From: Octopus vulgaris
Lineage: Eukaryota
Length of the DNA: 64,000 nucleotides
NCBI GenBank assembly: GCA_951406725.2
Contig: OX597832.1
Coordinates: 66,216,001-66,280,000 of the forward strand
Direction of reading: 5' to 3'
Of the stretch, positions 28,857-44,502 are shown one piece after another; within the stretch, counting starts at the first letter, position 1; every line of letters begins with the position of its first letter. Below the pieces are notes generated by a model, which was not told where the DNA came from, did no database searches, and saw nothing but the letters and a program-made list of their open reading frames with translations. Position numbers and translations under genes: made by a program.

Positions 28857-29385
28857 TCTATTGGCAAGAAATCTTGAAATAAACCGAATAATCACATACA
28901 TACATACACGTATGCATACATATATACATGCAGAAATGCATATATCAATACATACACACGAAGACGCACATATAGATGTATGTTTGTTTATATAAATTTG
29001 AACGACAATGAGTAATATTAAATATTGAATTCATATATATTTAGCGAACACTTAGAGGTGTCTACTTTTCTATAGATATAATATTTGTAAGTATTAAGAT
29101 TTGAATATAAATGAAATATGATAAAATATACAAATATGGCCCGGAAGTTAGTATCTTAATTGGAATTATTGTTTCATAACGAAATGATAGAGAATATGGA
29201 GCCTGCGGCATGTGATTGCAGAGACGTAGAGTTTTGGTGCGCCTGTAAAGCGACACATGAGTTATAGAGATATAAATGCATCGGAGCATAATTGTAAGTA
29301 AACACATATCTACACACGCTTACAGAGATGTTCAGACATAATAACCACCTACACATGTATCTCTCTACTTATACCAATCTCTCTC

Positions 29386-29481
<96 letters not shown>

Positions 29482-30047
29482 GCTAGCTAGCTAGCTAGCT
29501 GGCTAGTTACATATATATATTATACATAAATGCATAGATATAGAGACAGAGAGATAGACAGGTAGATATATAAACAGATAGATAAAGAGCGATAAATGAA
29601 GGAATATCAGCTACAATGATTTATATACCATATTTATGGAAGATAATTAATGAATCACATCCGAATTCTCTGAGATTTTTCTTCAGGTTACGCGGAACTT
29701 GTTATGAATAAGTTTACCATCTCCTTAAAGTTGACACACGTTCACACCCGCGCGAGCGCGTGCACACAGAAGCACACGCACGTTCTAAAATACACACATA
29801 CATTTCAAGAATACCATTACACCAAAGAAAGACCTTATTTATTTACATATATATATATAACTGATTTTGTATCTCTCAATATTTATAATTACTCTTTTCC
29901 TCTTGCTAACTGTTCCTTTTTCTCTTCCCATCTTCCTCTCTATATCACACGATCTAATATATTATATTAGAGGAAAAAGTAAAACCAGGCAGAATGTGTA
30001 TCTTAAGTCATTTAGAATAATGTAATTAGAGTAATTTGAATTTTAAG

Positions 30048-30120
30048 TCTTACAGCTGTTTCTGGGATACCCAAGTAGTTGGTTATCATGTCCATGCACT
30101 GGGTATTCCATCATCAAAGA
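30048..30120 (-). ncRNA. Type I HHR motif with mutated core
   Basis: TCT-TTGATGA-TGGAATACCCA..TGGGTATCCCA-GAAA-CAGCTG-TA-AGA; palindromic stem III; C3 replaced by U. Confidence 0.65.
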
Positions 30121-31008
30121 TAAGTTATGAATATTTTAGACGGAAAAATTTACAGTTTACAAGGAATAAAATACGAAGGAATAAAATAGAAGAATAAAGT
30201 AGTAAAATAGAAGAATAAAGAGAAAAAGTAGTTAGAAGAATACATACAAGAAAATGATGTTTACAACTCATCTTTTTTTCCAGAGGATTTGGATGTTGGT
30301 CGCTACTTCTCTGAAGGTATAGGTTTTGATTCCAGATAATTCCATGCGGTATTTTGGCAGTATTCTAAATGAAGTATTCATATTGTAAATGTGTATATAG
30401 AGCGAGAATGTATGATGGACATAAATGGGTTTTGTGAGTGAGCATATGCAAGAGAGAGCAAGAGAGAAAGAGAGAGAGAGAGCGAGAGAGAAAGGAGAAA
30501 GAGAGAAAGAGAGATAGGAGAAAGGATTAGAAAATGAGAATAAAATAAAAAATAAAAATTAGAAATAACGGTATTAATGAATATATAAATAAAAAATATA
30601 TAATAATTATAAAACTAATAAAAAATGTAATGACCGATATATCATAAATGGGTTTTGTGAATGTGTGTACATGGGAGAAAGGAGAAAGGGAATAAAAATA
30701 AGATACATGTAACAGGGTAAAAAATAGGATAACAATAAATAGATAAATGTAAAGGTAACGATATAGATATGTCAGTATTTTATGGGTCAAACGTTAAACT
30801 TTCTGTTGAGTAAGGGAAATGGAAGGCCAATGTAGGTAAAGACAATGGTTTAGTGCAGATATTTAGAATAGAATTTCAAGGTTCATAACCATTAAATTGT
30901 GTGCGATAAAGGTTTAAGAATTAAAATTTAAAATCTCATCTTAAAATTACAAACTAAGATACTTATATTGATAAAGAGGTAGGGGAAAAAGAAGACAGTG
31001 TATCCACG

Positions 31009-31042
<34 letters not shown>

Positions 31043-31194
31043 CACATACATATAGACAGGCATATATAGATAGATACACACATATACACACATGCACATA
31101 CATATACAAGAATACATACATTCACACGCACGAACACACACACTCATATATATATATATACATATATATCTTTCTTTTTCTTTTTCTTTTTCCT

Positions 31195-31540
31195 TGTTTC
31201 AGTCATTTTGACTGCGGCCATGCAGGAGCACCGCCTTTTAGTCGAGCAACTCGACCCCGGGACTTATACTTTTGGTAAGCCCAGTACTTATTCTATCGGT
31301 CTCTTTTGCCGAACCGCTAAGTAACGGGGACATAAACACACCAGCATCGGTTGTCAAACAATGCTAGGGGGACAAACACAGACACACACATATATATATA
31401 TATACGACGGGCTTCTTTCAGTTTCCGTCTACCAAATCCACTCACAAGGCATTGGTCGGCCCGGGGCTATAGCAGAAGACACTTGCCCAAGGTGCCATGT
31501 GGTTGGTAAGCAAGCTACTTACCACACAGCCACTCCTATA
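31195..31540 (-). mobile_element. tRNA-derived SINE with internal CA/TA microsatellite
   Basis: Head TAGGAGTGGCTGTGTGGTAAG with the box B region deleted; body CACCTTGGGCAAGTGTCTTC; related copies at 59140, 61390 and 63735. Confidence 0.8.
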
Positions 31541-31739
31541 TAAGTATATATATATATATATATATATATATCTATATATATTTATATATATATATGCATA
31601 TGTTGTAATGAACGTGGATGGATGTGTTATGCCTGTTGATTTTATTTACATTTGGAGCTATGCAAAAATTTAAAGGTGTGATAGTATTGATGATGTGTAG
31701 AAAAAAACTTCGTGTTGCTCATTAGTAATTGCGATATAT

Positions 31740-32040
31740 CTGGATGGTTCGGTGGGCTTGGTGTAGGACCCCGGAATCCATTAAGGTCCACGTTATCCTG
31801 GATGGTATCTGTCTGTTTATTAGATGGTGTGTATGGTTGACTAGGGATGTAGATTTGCTATGCTCCTCGTGCTTTATATGTGCAGAATATCTCTTTTAAA
31901 AATTAGTAGTTGACCAAATATAGTAGTTAGTAGTATTATGCGATGTATTGTGGACCGTATATTTGTACGCCACGTTAAATCTTCTGCAGCAGGCTTGCAA
32001 AGGGCATTCGGTCACGGAAAGAGAGGATGCATTACCATTT
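31740..32040 (-). mobile_element. Penelope-like GIY-YIG endonuclease remnant
   Basis: ECPLQACCRRFNVAYKYTV..NYYIWSTTNF*KRYSAH..STSLVNH..ITWTL matches the PLE pattern CPLxGxC..NVIY..YIG..FKxRY..H..STxL..W. Confidence 0.75.
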
Positions 32041-32100
32041 ATGGAGAAATTAGAATTAAGAGTGCTGTTTGGGGATTGGCTCGTATTATGATTATTGTTA

Positions 32101-32224
<124 letters not shown>

Positions 32225-32244
32225 CATTATCATCATCATCATCA

Positions 32245-32299
<55 letters not shown>

Positions 32300-32328
32300 C
32301 ATCATCATCATCATCATCATCATTATTA

Positions 32329-34935
<2,607 letters not shown>

Positions 34936-35388
34936 GTAGTAGTTACGGTATTATCATAACCAATAACACCAGCTTTAATTGTAGTGGTGTTATTATCGGT
35001 CGTACTGATATTATTAATAGTTATAATAGTGATGGTCCTCTTAGTATCAACAATCACTTCAAATACACTTATACCTTCGTAGGTGAAGGGATGTTTGTAT
35101 CTTGGTTAATTCTGGCTGTAGTTCTAACGTTTCGGGTGTGGTGCATCCCACCAATGTTGGTATTAGTGTTTTCGTAGCTTTGATCTATTTAGCTTCTGCT
35201 AAATGCTAATAAAATATACATAAACTCGTATATTTAGCTCTATTTTTCCTGTTTCCATCAACATACTTATCTATCTATCTATATATCTATCTATCTATAT
35301 CTATCTATCTATCTATCTAGCTATCTATCTATTTATTTATCTATCTATCAACCTATCTACTTATATACCATCTTCTCTATCTATCTAC

Positions 35389-35448
<60 letters not shown>

Positions 35449-35819
35449 ATACTTACATCATGTATTTATAAATGCATTCAATTACTATAGGTGATAAAAT
35501 TTTTGCACATCCACAAACATCGTATAAACTGACATATATGATGGCTATGTAAAATATTCAAACGAATTTGTGATATAAGCTCACAGTAAGTTTCCCTATT
35601 GGTTATTGGCTTTTAAAATGGAAACTTTCTTAAAATATCTCACATATTATTGTAGCAAACCAGACACACGCAGTCATGCAGAATATGTATTTATGTATAT
35701 GTATATATGTACATAGACATGACCAGTAAATAGACACCCTTTAATCGTTAAAATTTATTTAAATCTGAAATTATGCACTCAAATTATTAATTAATTGTTA
35801 TAATGTGAATATTTAATAA

Positions 35820-36660
35820 TTAGTTCGCAAGCCTCTTGTATTTTTCAATGCAAGGACCCTATTAATCATGTTAATGATCAGATGAGGAATGTTCTCTTGA
35901 GGAACTTCTTGCTAAGTTTCATGCATTAATATCAAAACATCTGGCTTTAAATATGCTTTCGTGTTCTTTTTTGAAGTGTCCTGTTCATTATGCCCCAGAG
36001 ACGTTCAATAAGGCTCATATCTGGCGACTGGCTTTTCCATGGTAGCTTTTTTATACCATTCTCATCGAACAAGTCTTGGGTCATTTTAACCGTGGGACAA
36101 CGAGCTTCCTCTTCCATATATAATGTATTCTTTAATCATTTCACCACTGGAGAAGATTAGACGGAGTCCTTTCTGCAATATGGACATATATTTATCTGAT
36201 TTTATGTTTCGCCCACACTCTTCCAGCACTGATCAACCATTGCTCCAAATTGCTCCCCAGACCATTACAGAATAGCTGTCATGCTCCATTGTTGGCTGCA
36301 AACTTTCCACATCAAATTCTTGATCGCAGAGTTTCGAGACCCACACTCTACCACTGTCAGAAAATACCGCAAATCAGTACTCATTGGATAATATGACAGT
36401 GTCCCAAAATGATAGCGGCCTCTTCACCATCGCACTGGTTCAATATTTTCTCCGCTTGATATTGGTTGGTCAGAGAAATGACTTCCTTATTGCTGCTCTG
36501 CCATAGTAAACAAATTTGTGAAGATAGTTGACAGCTGTTCTGAGACTGACATAAACGCGTTCCGCTATGTCACAGGCCCTGCTACTGGGATTATCCTCAA
36601 CATTTCTCTTAACAAAGAGAACGATGTTGTCAGAGAACCCTGGTCAATCTGAGCGAGGTG
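35820..36660 (-). mobile_element. Tc1-like transposase pseudogene
   Basis: FWDTVILSNE..SVMVWGAIWSNG..DKYMSIL..LPWKSQSPDMSLIERLW, matching Tc1 motifs VxWSDE, VMVWG and WPxQSPDLNPIENLW; many stops. Confidence 0.85.
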
Positions 36661-36665
36661 ATGGG

Positions 36666-36707
<42 letters not shown>

Positions 36708-36854
36708 GGTTAAGTAATTGAGATTCTAGTGAATTCTAAAGAATTCACATGAATATGGTCCTTAACTAGGATGCACCGGATATCTATATGGTGTTAGCCA
36801 TACGACAAGTGGGGTGATTATAAATAAGAAAAAAGCAACAAGAATGGATTAAAA

Positions 36855-36941
36855 TCTCGGTACGATCGTTTCGTACGAGGACATCTTTAATAAGCTACAA
36901 AAATGCAGTGAATACAGATGGCTCGTACTCGTCAGCCGAAA
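36855..36941 (-). ncRNA. Type I HHR (mirror copy in the left arm)
   Basis: Reverse complement of 37186-37273; core intact. Confidence 0.8.
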
Positions 36942-37185
36942 ACATATCAGAGAATTCCCAAACATCAAAAGGGGTAGATATAAAAGAGGTTGTAGGATTA
37001 ACTGCATTGAAGAAAGTTCGATTCATGGAGATCAGATGAAAGGTTTTAAACCTATAGAATTTATAGAATTTATAGGTTTAAAACCTTTCATCTGATCTCC
37101 ATGAATCGAACTTTCTTCAATGCAGTTAATCCTACAACCTCTTTTATATCTACCCCTTTTGATGTTTGGGAATTCTCTGATATGT

Positions 37186-37273
37186 TTTCGGCTGACGAGT
37201 ACGAGCCATCTGTATTCACTGCATTTTTTGTAGCTTATTAAAGATGTCCTCGTACGAAACGATCGTACCGAGA
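37186..37273 (+). ncRNA. Type I HHR, PLE type, intact core
   Basis: Stem I TTTCGG/CCGAGA; core CTGACGA (37192-37198); stem II GTACGAG/CTCGTAC; GAAA; stem III C-GATC-G (palindromic); GUA cleavage triplet ending at 37267. Confidence 0.8.
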
Positions 37274-37300
37274 TTTTAATCCATTCTTGTTGCTTTTTTC

Positions 37301-37374
<74 letters not shown>

Positions 37375-37378
<4 letters not shown>

Positions 37379-37736
37379 TCGATTCCGTCGGTCACGAATG
37401 ACCGTAGGTGCATCTAAGAGGATCCTTTCTGCGGTAGTACAAGTCTGGGCGGAATGTCGCTTCACCAGCGAATGCACTGGGTTGGTTTTATGGAACACCA
37501 GCAGTCGCCCATCCATTCCAGCCACCCCTTTTCCATGTCACTGATGTTAACCAAGGGAAAAATTAAGGCCTATACTGTTTGGCACTAGTGACGTCGCAAG
37601 TTATTTCTACAGCTGATTGAACTGGAGCAAGGTGAAATAGTGCCGTGCTCAAGAACACAACACGCATCCCAGTTCGTGAATCGAACTCACAACCTCACGA
37701 TCGTAAGCTTCACGATCCAACCACTGAGCCATGCAC

Positions 37737-37738
<2 letters not shown>
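37375..37738 (-). mobile_element. tRNA-derived SINE with a longer 3' tail
   Basis: Head GCATGGCTCAGTGGTT (box A) and GAGTTCGATTC (box B); body GTGTTCTTGAGCA; sits between TA/GA tracts. Confidence 0.75.
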
Positions 37739-37771
<33 letters not shown>

Positions 37772-38904
37772 TTATTATTAGTATTATTGCTTTTGGTATT
37801 GTAGCTCTAAATATGATGCACCGTGAATAACCTTACATATATACAAGCATATTACAGTTGAACACGCACATGCAATCATATATGCGCATCTGTGTTTGTG
37901 TGTATACGTGTTTGTGTATTCAGTATATACTAACACATATTTATTACATATGTTTGAATATTAATATAAACAGTGTGAGGTTGTGGAAGGAAATTATGGA
38001 GTAATCTCTAGATTCAATATGAAATAATGAAGTACGCCAGCGGGAAAATGTTAACTCAATGCGATAACAGAAATTAATAAGACATATGATGAATATTAAC
38101 TCACCTGCTCAGATTTAATAATCTCTCTTTATTTCAGTATGTCAATATGAAATTGACTTTAATTTAATATAGAAATAATACTATTTGTATTGTAAATTTA
38201 TTCTAATCATTGTAATGGTTTTAATCAGAGATATATTCTGAAGTTAATAACATCCAGCTTCTTTTAGTCCATTATTGATATGTTAAATTTTTACTTCATT
38301 TTACTTAATATTAAAATAATGTAGTTAATATTTTGAATCTAGTTAATATGAAATTAATTTAAGCATTTTTAAATAGTGTCTGTATAAAAGGATTCTCCTT
38401 ATGTAGGCAAATAGAACTACTTATGATAGAATCCTCATAATTCCCCAATGCTCAATTAGATACCTGTTCGCGGTTTATGCTTTTATGCAAGGGATTTCAT
38501 TTTTCCCCCAATTTCTGATGATTTCAATATACTGTAGTTGTGCTTACTATTCAAGGGCGGATGAGAGTATAAACCAAAAATCCCCTCGGTACTTTTATGA
38601 AGAGTTGCGAAACTGTGTGATTCTATATTTCAGAGATATGGCGCCTGACGCAAAATCACAAATTTGTGGAAGATGGTGATGATTTTGATGATGTGGAGGA
38701 AGAAGGATACCTTACTTTTTAATCGAAATGGCGTGTTTATATGTGTGCGTATGTGGCTGTGTGTGAATGTGTGTGAGCGTGCGAGGGTATGATTGCTAAA
38801 TAGATAGAATGGATGTTTGACAGAAAATTAGATAATTATTTGTATCAAAATCACAGATGTGATTGTAGACATATTTATTGTGTGTGCGATTGAGTGAAAA
38901 ATAA

Positions 38905-39072
38905 TCTTTTCTATTCTAGGTACAAGGCAAATGGTACTTAATTTATCTACCTCGAAAGGATGAAAGGCAAAGTCGACCTCGGTGGAATTTGAACTCAGAA
39001 CGTAAAGACAGACGATATATGGCCGAAGCGTTTCGCCCGGTGTGTTAACATTTCTGCCAGCCCGTTGCCTTA
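38905..39072 (-). mobile_element. tRNA-derived SINE (60650 family)
   Basis: Reverse complement contains TCTGAGTTCAAATTCCACCGAGGTCGACTTTGCCTTTCATCCTTTCG. Confidence 0.85.
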
Positions 39073-39384
39073 GAGTAAAAACAATATCAAAGCATTGTTT
39101 ATATATAAACAGTGTCTATGAATAGAATTAACGTCAAACGCTTGATTTCAGTGTAGCAATGGAGAGGACAAGTAATCTTCTGATAGATGAAGCATAAATC
39201 ATTCAGTTCGCAGTTTCGTAACAACACAGGTAGAAATAATTTCATCCGGGATATAACTGTTGCTGTTTCTTGAAAATCTGATGATGCGCCTGGGAAGATA
39301 ACGGTGTAACATAAAGTGCAAAGGAGCCTATGCGAAATTATGGAAAGAAAACATTAAAAACAAAGAAGATGAAAGACAATCATT

Positions 39385-39682
39385 GTTCGGTATTTAAGAG
39401 ATGATGAATTATGTACATTATTTACATTATTTACATTTGACGGATATTCGTCCTCATCGTGTTTGTTGGTAACACAATGTTTCGACTGATATACCCTCCA
39501 GCCTTCATCAGGTGTCTTGGGGAAATTTCGAACTTGTGTTCTCATTCCTAAGGTATTTCTCACTGTTATTGTTGTTGTTGTTATTATTATTATTATTCAG
39601 GTCGCTCCCTGGAATTGGACACGGAATCTTGGGGTTAGTAGCCCGTGCTCTTAACCATTACGCCATATGCCCGTGGGCATAT
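39385..39682 (-). mobile_element. Composite element: tRNA-like head, (AAT)n linker, HHR-bearing PLE-type tail
   Basis: Box A TGGCGTAATGG (39655-39665), degenerate box B (39611-39622), AAT/AAC linker, then ACAC-CTGATGA-A-GGCTG..CAGTC-GAAA-CA-TT-GTGT (39472-39515). Confidence 0.7.
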
Positions 39683-39840
39683 ACACTAGAAATGAGAACC
39701 TATGTTCAAAATTTCCGCAAGACACCTGATGAAGGCTGGATGTTATATCAGCCGGAACGTTGTGTTAACAACAGATAAGATGAAGCAAAATATCTGTCAA
39801 ATGTAAATGATATAAATAATGTAAAGAGCATCATATTTCT
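39683..39840 (+). mobile_element. Inverted second copy of the HHR-bearing tail
   Basis: ACAC-CTGATGA-A-GGCTG..CAGCC-GGAA-CG-TT-GTGT (39722-39765); imperfect reverse complement of 39395-39555. Confidence 0.75.
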
Positions 39841-39945
39841 TATGTAATACGTTATAAAAAGATGTCTCTTATATATTTGTAAGTGTGTGAGTGTGTGTGT
39901 GTGTTTGTGTTTCTGAGTGTATGCATGCACATACACGCACACACA

Positions 39946-39987
<42 letters not shown>

Positions 39988-40079
39988 TCACAGATGAACT
40001 CTCGGTACATCTGTCTCTCCACATAAGTATGATAAATGATTCTCTTTAATCTCCTTTCCTCTGACAAACATATTTTTAA

Positions 40080-41460
40080 ATAGAATAGGCAGCAAAGGTG
40101 CCTGTGGCCTCGGGTCGTCTTCAAAACCGAGCCTCATACTCAATGAATCTCCGACTGACGAGCTTTCATGCTCACTTTCGGTGGATACCCGTTTACTTAT
40201 TTCCATGTCAACTGGGAATGGGGGTTGGTTAGAAACGGGCGTAGACCCAGAGAGGGGTGAATCTCAAGATAAGGACTATCTTCCTGGGTCCAGAAGGTAC
40301 ATTCCTGGATATAAGCAGTAGTGCTGGAGTTGATTTCCGACTGGTGCCTGTTTATGCTTCGATAGGCGCAGGACCCTAGATTTTTTCAAACGTCTCGAGG
40401 TTTTCCTTGGAATATCTCGACCATTGATGCCATCGTTGATGCACGTTTGGATTGTGTGGACTAAATGTTAGAAGAGGCTGTGAAAAAAACTTGCAAACCT
40501 GCTCAGACATATTCAACTGCCTGACAAGTACCGACTTTATTTCTCGAATGTGCAAGTGAGAACAAGGAGGAACCGTATCGGGTCAACGAGCTCATACCTA
40601 GATAGCGTATTCTGTAGGCCGGCAAATGAAGATAGCATAAGTTGACCATTTTTTGAATCGTCGGCTACACAAACCACAAATTTGTGGTCTGCACAGCCGA
40701 CTTAGATTCTTTGGTGTGTTTCTGGTTACTGGAAGCTCAAAGCGTTACTCTCGGTATGCCAAGTTTACACACACTGGATTACCGAATTAGTCAAGTGCGC
40801 TTTGACAGGACTAGTCATCAATAAGAGATAGTAGGCAATTAATGTAGAATTGATTAGGGTTAGTAAATCATTAATTTTAGAAAGGAATATCATAGGATAG
40901 AGTGAAACACATATCGAAACTTGGATGAGGTGGTTAGGAGAGAGATTACAACCGATGATCTGGAGACGAAATCAGCTCTGGACTAATTCTTCAACGCTAA
41001 CATCGATGTATCAGATGTACAATGTAGTAACAAATGCATACTCAGTTCTCTAGTGGACCAAGATGGGTGCGCAGTACTCGAGCCCGAGTAAATGTGTGTG
41101 GCATTTCAAAATCATTTCTCTCAAGACTTGGAATCAAATGGTAGTCCAAAATCCAGGATAGACTTCGTTGCAATGACGGCTGACTAGGGGGAACTTGACC
41201 TGATTTGGGTGACCGGCCCTGCATGGTATACTTTTATATGACAGACTTGTTTAGCGGCTTCTTAGCATCTATCTACAGCAACAGGCAGTTGAACGGGAGA
41301 ATTCTTAATTCTGTGCATCGTGGAGCTGTAGCACTGCTATTAAATTGCACAAACAGGAGGGGATCAATAGAACATTTTAGGCACATAACGCTGCTGAACA
41401 AAGATTTAAAATGTTTTCGCCAAGGTGCTAACAAAGAGGTGTTGGCAGAAACATACAAAT
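40080..41460 (+). mobile_element. Decayed Tx1/L1-clade LINE ORF2 (APE and RT start)
   Basis: FRLVPVYA..FFKRLEVFLG..DAIVDARLDCV; SSYLDSVF; GYWKLK; RGAVALL..FRHITLLNKDLK. Confidence 0.75.
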
Positions 41461-42479
41461 ACCGAAATATAAACACAAAGCGGCCGGAGACGGCGAGTCA
41501 GGCAGATGTCGAAGATGCACTGAAAGAGATAATGCCCAGCATTCGGTAGATCTCTAGAACCAAGCATGTTACAGAAATTTAAGTGCTCCTCAAGCAGCGT
41601 GTGCTGTATTCATCGTTTATAAATGAAGATAAAGATCTCAGAAATTTCATCTGAAGTAAATTGATGGCGTTTTCGAAGGAAGTAACGACCACCTGGATCT
41701 GAAGCAAAACCATTGTGAACATTGGACTGGGATCAGCGTCAAGGAGCTTCCCCACATTAAACCAAGCATGATCCACAAGATCCCAGACCTCCGGAAGGGG
41801 CAGGGTTACATGTTAGAGTTGAGGTTCGAAATCCCTAGTGCAACTTTTTTGGTGAGACTGGCCATATGAGAGATTTCTGTTCCCAACTGAAGAGAGATAA
41901 AACGCTCTTCCTGCAAACAAAAAGTCGCCAAAACCTCAACAAGTAAAGCAGCAACGATCAACAACAAAAGTGCACCAAACCCAGAGATAACGGCATCATC
42001 AACAGGAGCAGCGAAATTAGCAAATGGCGGAAGAACACCAACATCAGCAACAGCACCAACAGCAACAATGGCAACAACAACAGCTTCAACAACGCTGACA
42101 ACACCAACAACACCAGCCTGAGATTAAACACACCATCTTCAGAAGCAAAAATAATGATCATAACGGACACACACAACACTCAGGGTCTCTCCCAACAGCC
42201 ACAGACGCACCTGCACCAATATTTGTGCTAAATAAATATTCGTGAGTTCAGGTCACTCTGGAGGCAAGGTCGCCTGCTCAACGACCGGCAGCAGTCAGCG
42301 AAACCCGGACTTCCAACACTCACGGTTTTAGCCCTATTTTCGACGATTTTGAGAGCTCCAATAGCGGAGGTGGTGCTTTTAGACTAGCTGCTATGTACAC
42401 CTCGACTGTCTTTACCAGCATATCAATATTTCAGAGGCTGGGTTAATAAGTTAGTCCATCGGAATTTGCCAGGTGCAAT

Positions 42480-42595
42480 CGTCAGCTTCTCGTGGTGGAG
42501 ATCCCTGAGAAGAGGGAAAGAAAGAGAATTTTAGGACAGTACCTCTGCAAAACGCAGATTACAAGATTTTGGCCAAGGTGTTAGTCAAGAGGGTA
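42480..42595 (+). mobile_element. Tx1-like RT fragment
   Basis: ENFRTVPLQNADYKILAKVLVKR. Confidence 0.65.
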
Positions 42596-42872
42596 AGTGT
42601 GGAGGAGTATTACGTTGTTCAATAGCAAGACCGATTTAAATTTCTTCCAAGCTTCTCACTATTTCAAATTTTCATTTGAATATTTTTGCTTTAGAAAAAT
42701 GCAGTTTTGCAAGCTGATGACAAAAATAGCATTCATTTTTTTCTAGAAATTAATTACAAAGAAGTGTAGAATTATTAGAAAAAATCTGATGAAAATTCAA
42801 GTGCTTGCATTAAATTTAACAGCATCCAAATTACGTTATGTGCATCTTTATAGTTATATTTGTGTGCATGGT

Positions 42873-42917
<45 letters not shown>

Positions 42918-43088
42918 CTATCTATAACTGTGTCTGTGAGAGCCATTGTGTGTTTAGGTTTGACAGGTTTGTGGTGGATTGGAAGGAAAATCTCTAAATA
43001 TCCTTCTAGAAACTACATTTGAAAGAATTATGAAGAACGCAGTCAGTGCGTCTGCGGAAATGACAATGTGACTATCTCCGTGTATAAT

Positions 43089-43128
<40 letters not shown>

Positions 43129-43769
43129 CGCACGTGTGTGTGTGTGTGAGAGTGTGTGTGCTTTCGCGCTGTTAAGTATTATGGACTAAGAATTCTGGGG
43201 AAAATGGAATTTCAATGTATAAAAGGAATCATATAGAATATATATTTGGCAGTGAGGTCAAAAGTTGTCCGCTAGCTATAGAACATAGGGTTACGATCAG
43301 TGGGATGTCTATATATTATTTGGTGATGTTGTGTAGTGGTGCGTATATGTGTGAGTGTGTGTATATGTAAAATAGTAGTACTATCATTAGAATATAAGTC
43401 TGATATTGTGAAATGTGAGCGTTTTTTTTGATAAATAGAATGTGTCTGGATTTGGAAGATTCAGTTAATAATCTAGCAAACCCAAATTCCTTCCACACTT
43501 ATGTATACGCCCCATTCATACTCGAACCTCCACCTATCAAAGGTTCAACGATCTCGTATCCTAAGCACTGAATTACTATCACTCCTCAACACACAGACCT
43601 TCACAAAAATTCACTTGCACCCCACAGTTTCTAAATCTTAGTTTTGCAACTGTCATCGTTTGGCCTGATAGACAAATATATATGGTGCACCGTTATTCTT
43701 TTATCTATTCAAAAAAGGTATATTTTTTGTTTTTTCCCAATGTCTTAACTCTAACTACAGGCACACACT

Positions 43770-43800
<31 letters not shown>

Positions 43801-43899
43801 ACACACACACACACATCATATTCATTTTCGCTATGCTCGCGTGCAAATACATGTAAACGTACACTCACACACATTCACATATTCAAAAATATTCTGACA

Positions 43900-44200
43900 G
43901 CGTTCTGAATTAAGTGAGGTCTGAAAATAACGTTGAAGGGTATATCAACTTTTATTAACATAGGATATTCAAGCTGCACAAATTGGTGCAATTACTCTTC
44001 CTGTATACAAAAGTACTGCTCAACATAGTCTCCATCGCGAGCGATGCATTTGCGTCATCGATCGACGCAACTAACGAATCGTCTCTAAAAAATTTACGCA
44101 TGCGCACTTATGCCTCCATTTTCACGACTGTGTTGACCTTATCTTCGTTACCACATCATTGCTGTCCAAAACTGTTTCCAGCATCTTCGAACGGATAGCC
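43900..44200 (-). mobile_element. mariner transposase C-terminal remnant
   Basis: VDR*RKCIARDGDYVEQ matches the mariner terminal motif LxxRWxKCxxxxGDYxE. Confidence 0.7.
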
Positions 44201-44450
44201 AATGCGCGAACAAAATAGAAAACATTGTATCAAAATAGTATTATAAAATTGTAGCAGCCACAATTAACAAGGTGCAAAACAAAGAAGAAAAGCGGCTGCA
44301 GTTATACCACTAGAACTGACCTGTTATCCTCATACTAGCAACATACCTAGCCTTGTTTTCCAAATCGTTGGCGGGACAAGCATTCGACACAAGCATTCAA
44401 CTGACAAAGAAAGAGTAGGTTGTCGGAGTCTCATACGTCGAAATCGAGTG

Positions 44451-44502
<52 letters not shown>

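Larger units (their letters stand above)
36819..37309. repeat. Near-perfect palindrome (238/239-bp arms, 14-nt loop)
   Basis: 36819-37056 is the reverse complement of 37071-37309, with one mismatch and one 1-bp indel seen by eye; (TA)n tracts at 36668-36706 and 37307-37346. Confidence 0.97.

Noticed and set aside
39596-39672. Functional tRNA gene
   Set aside because: Box B is degenerate and the acceptor stem does not pair; treated as a tRNA-like element head.
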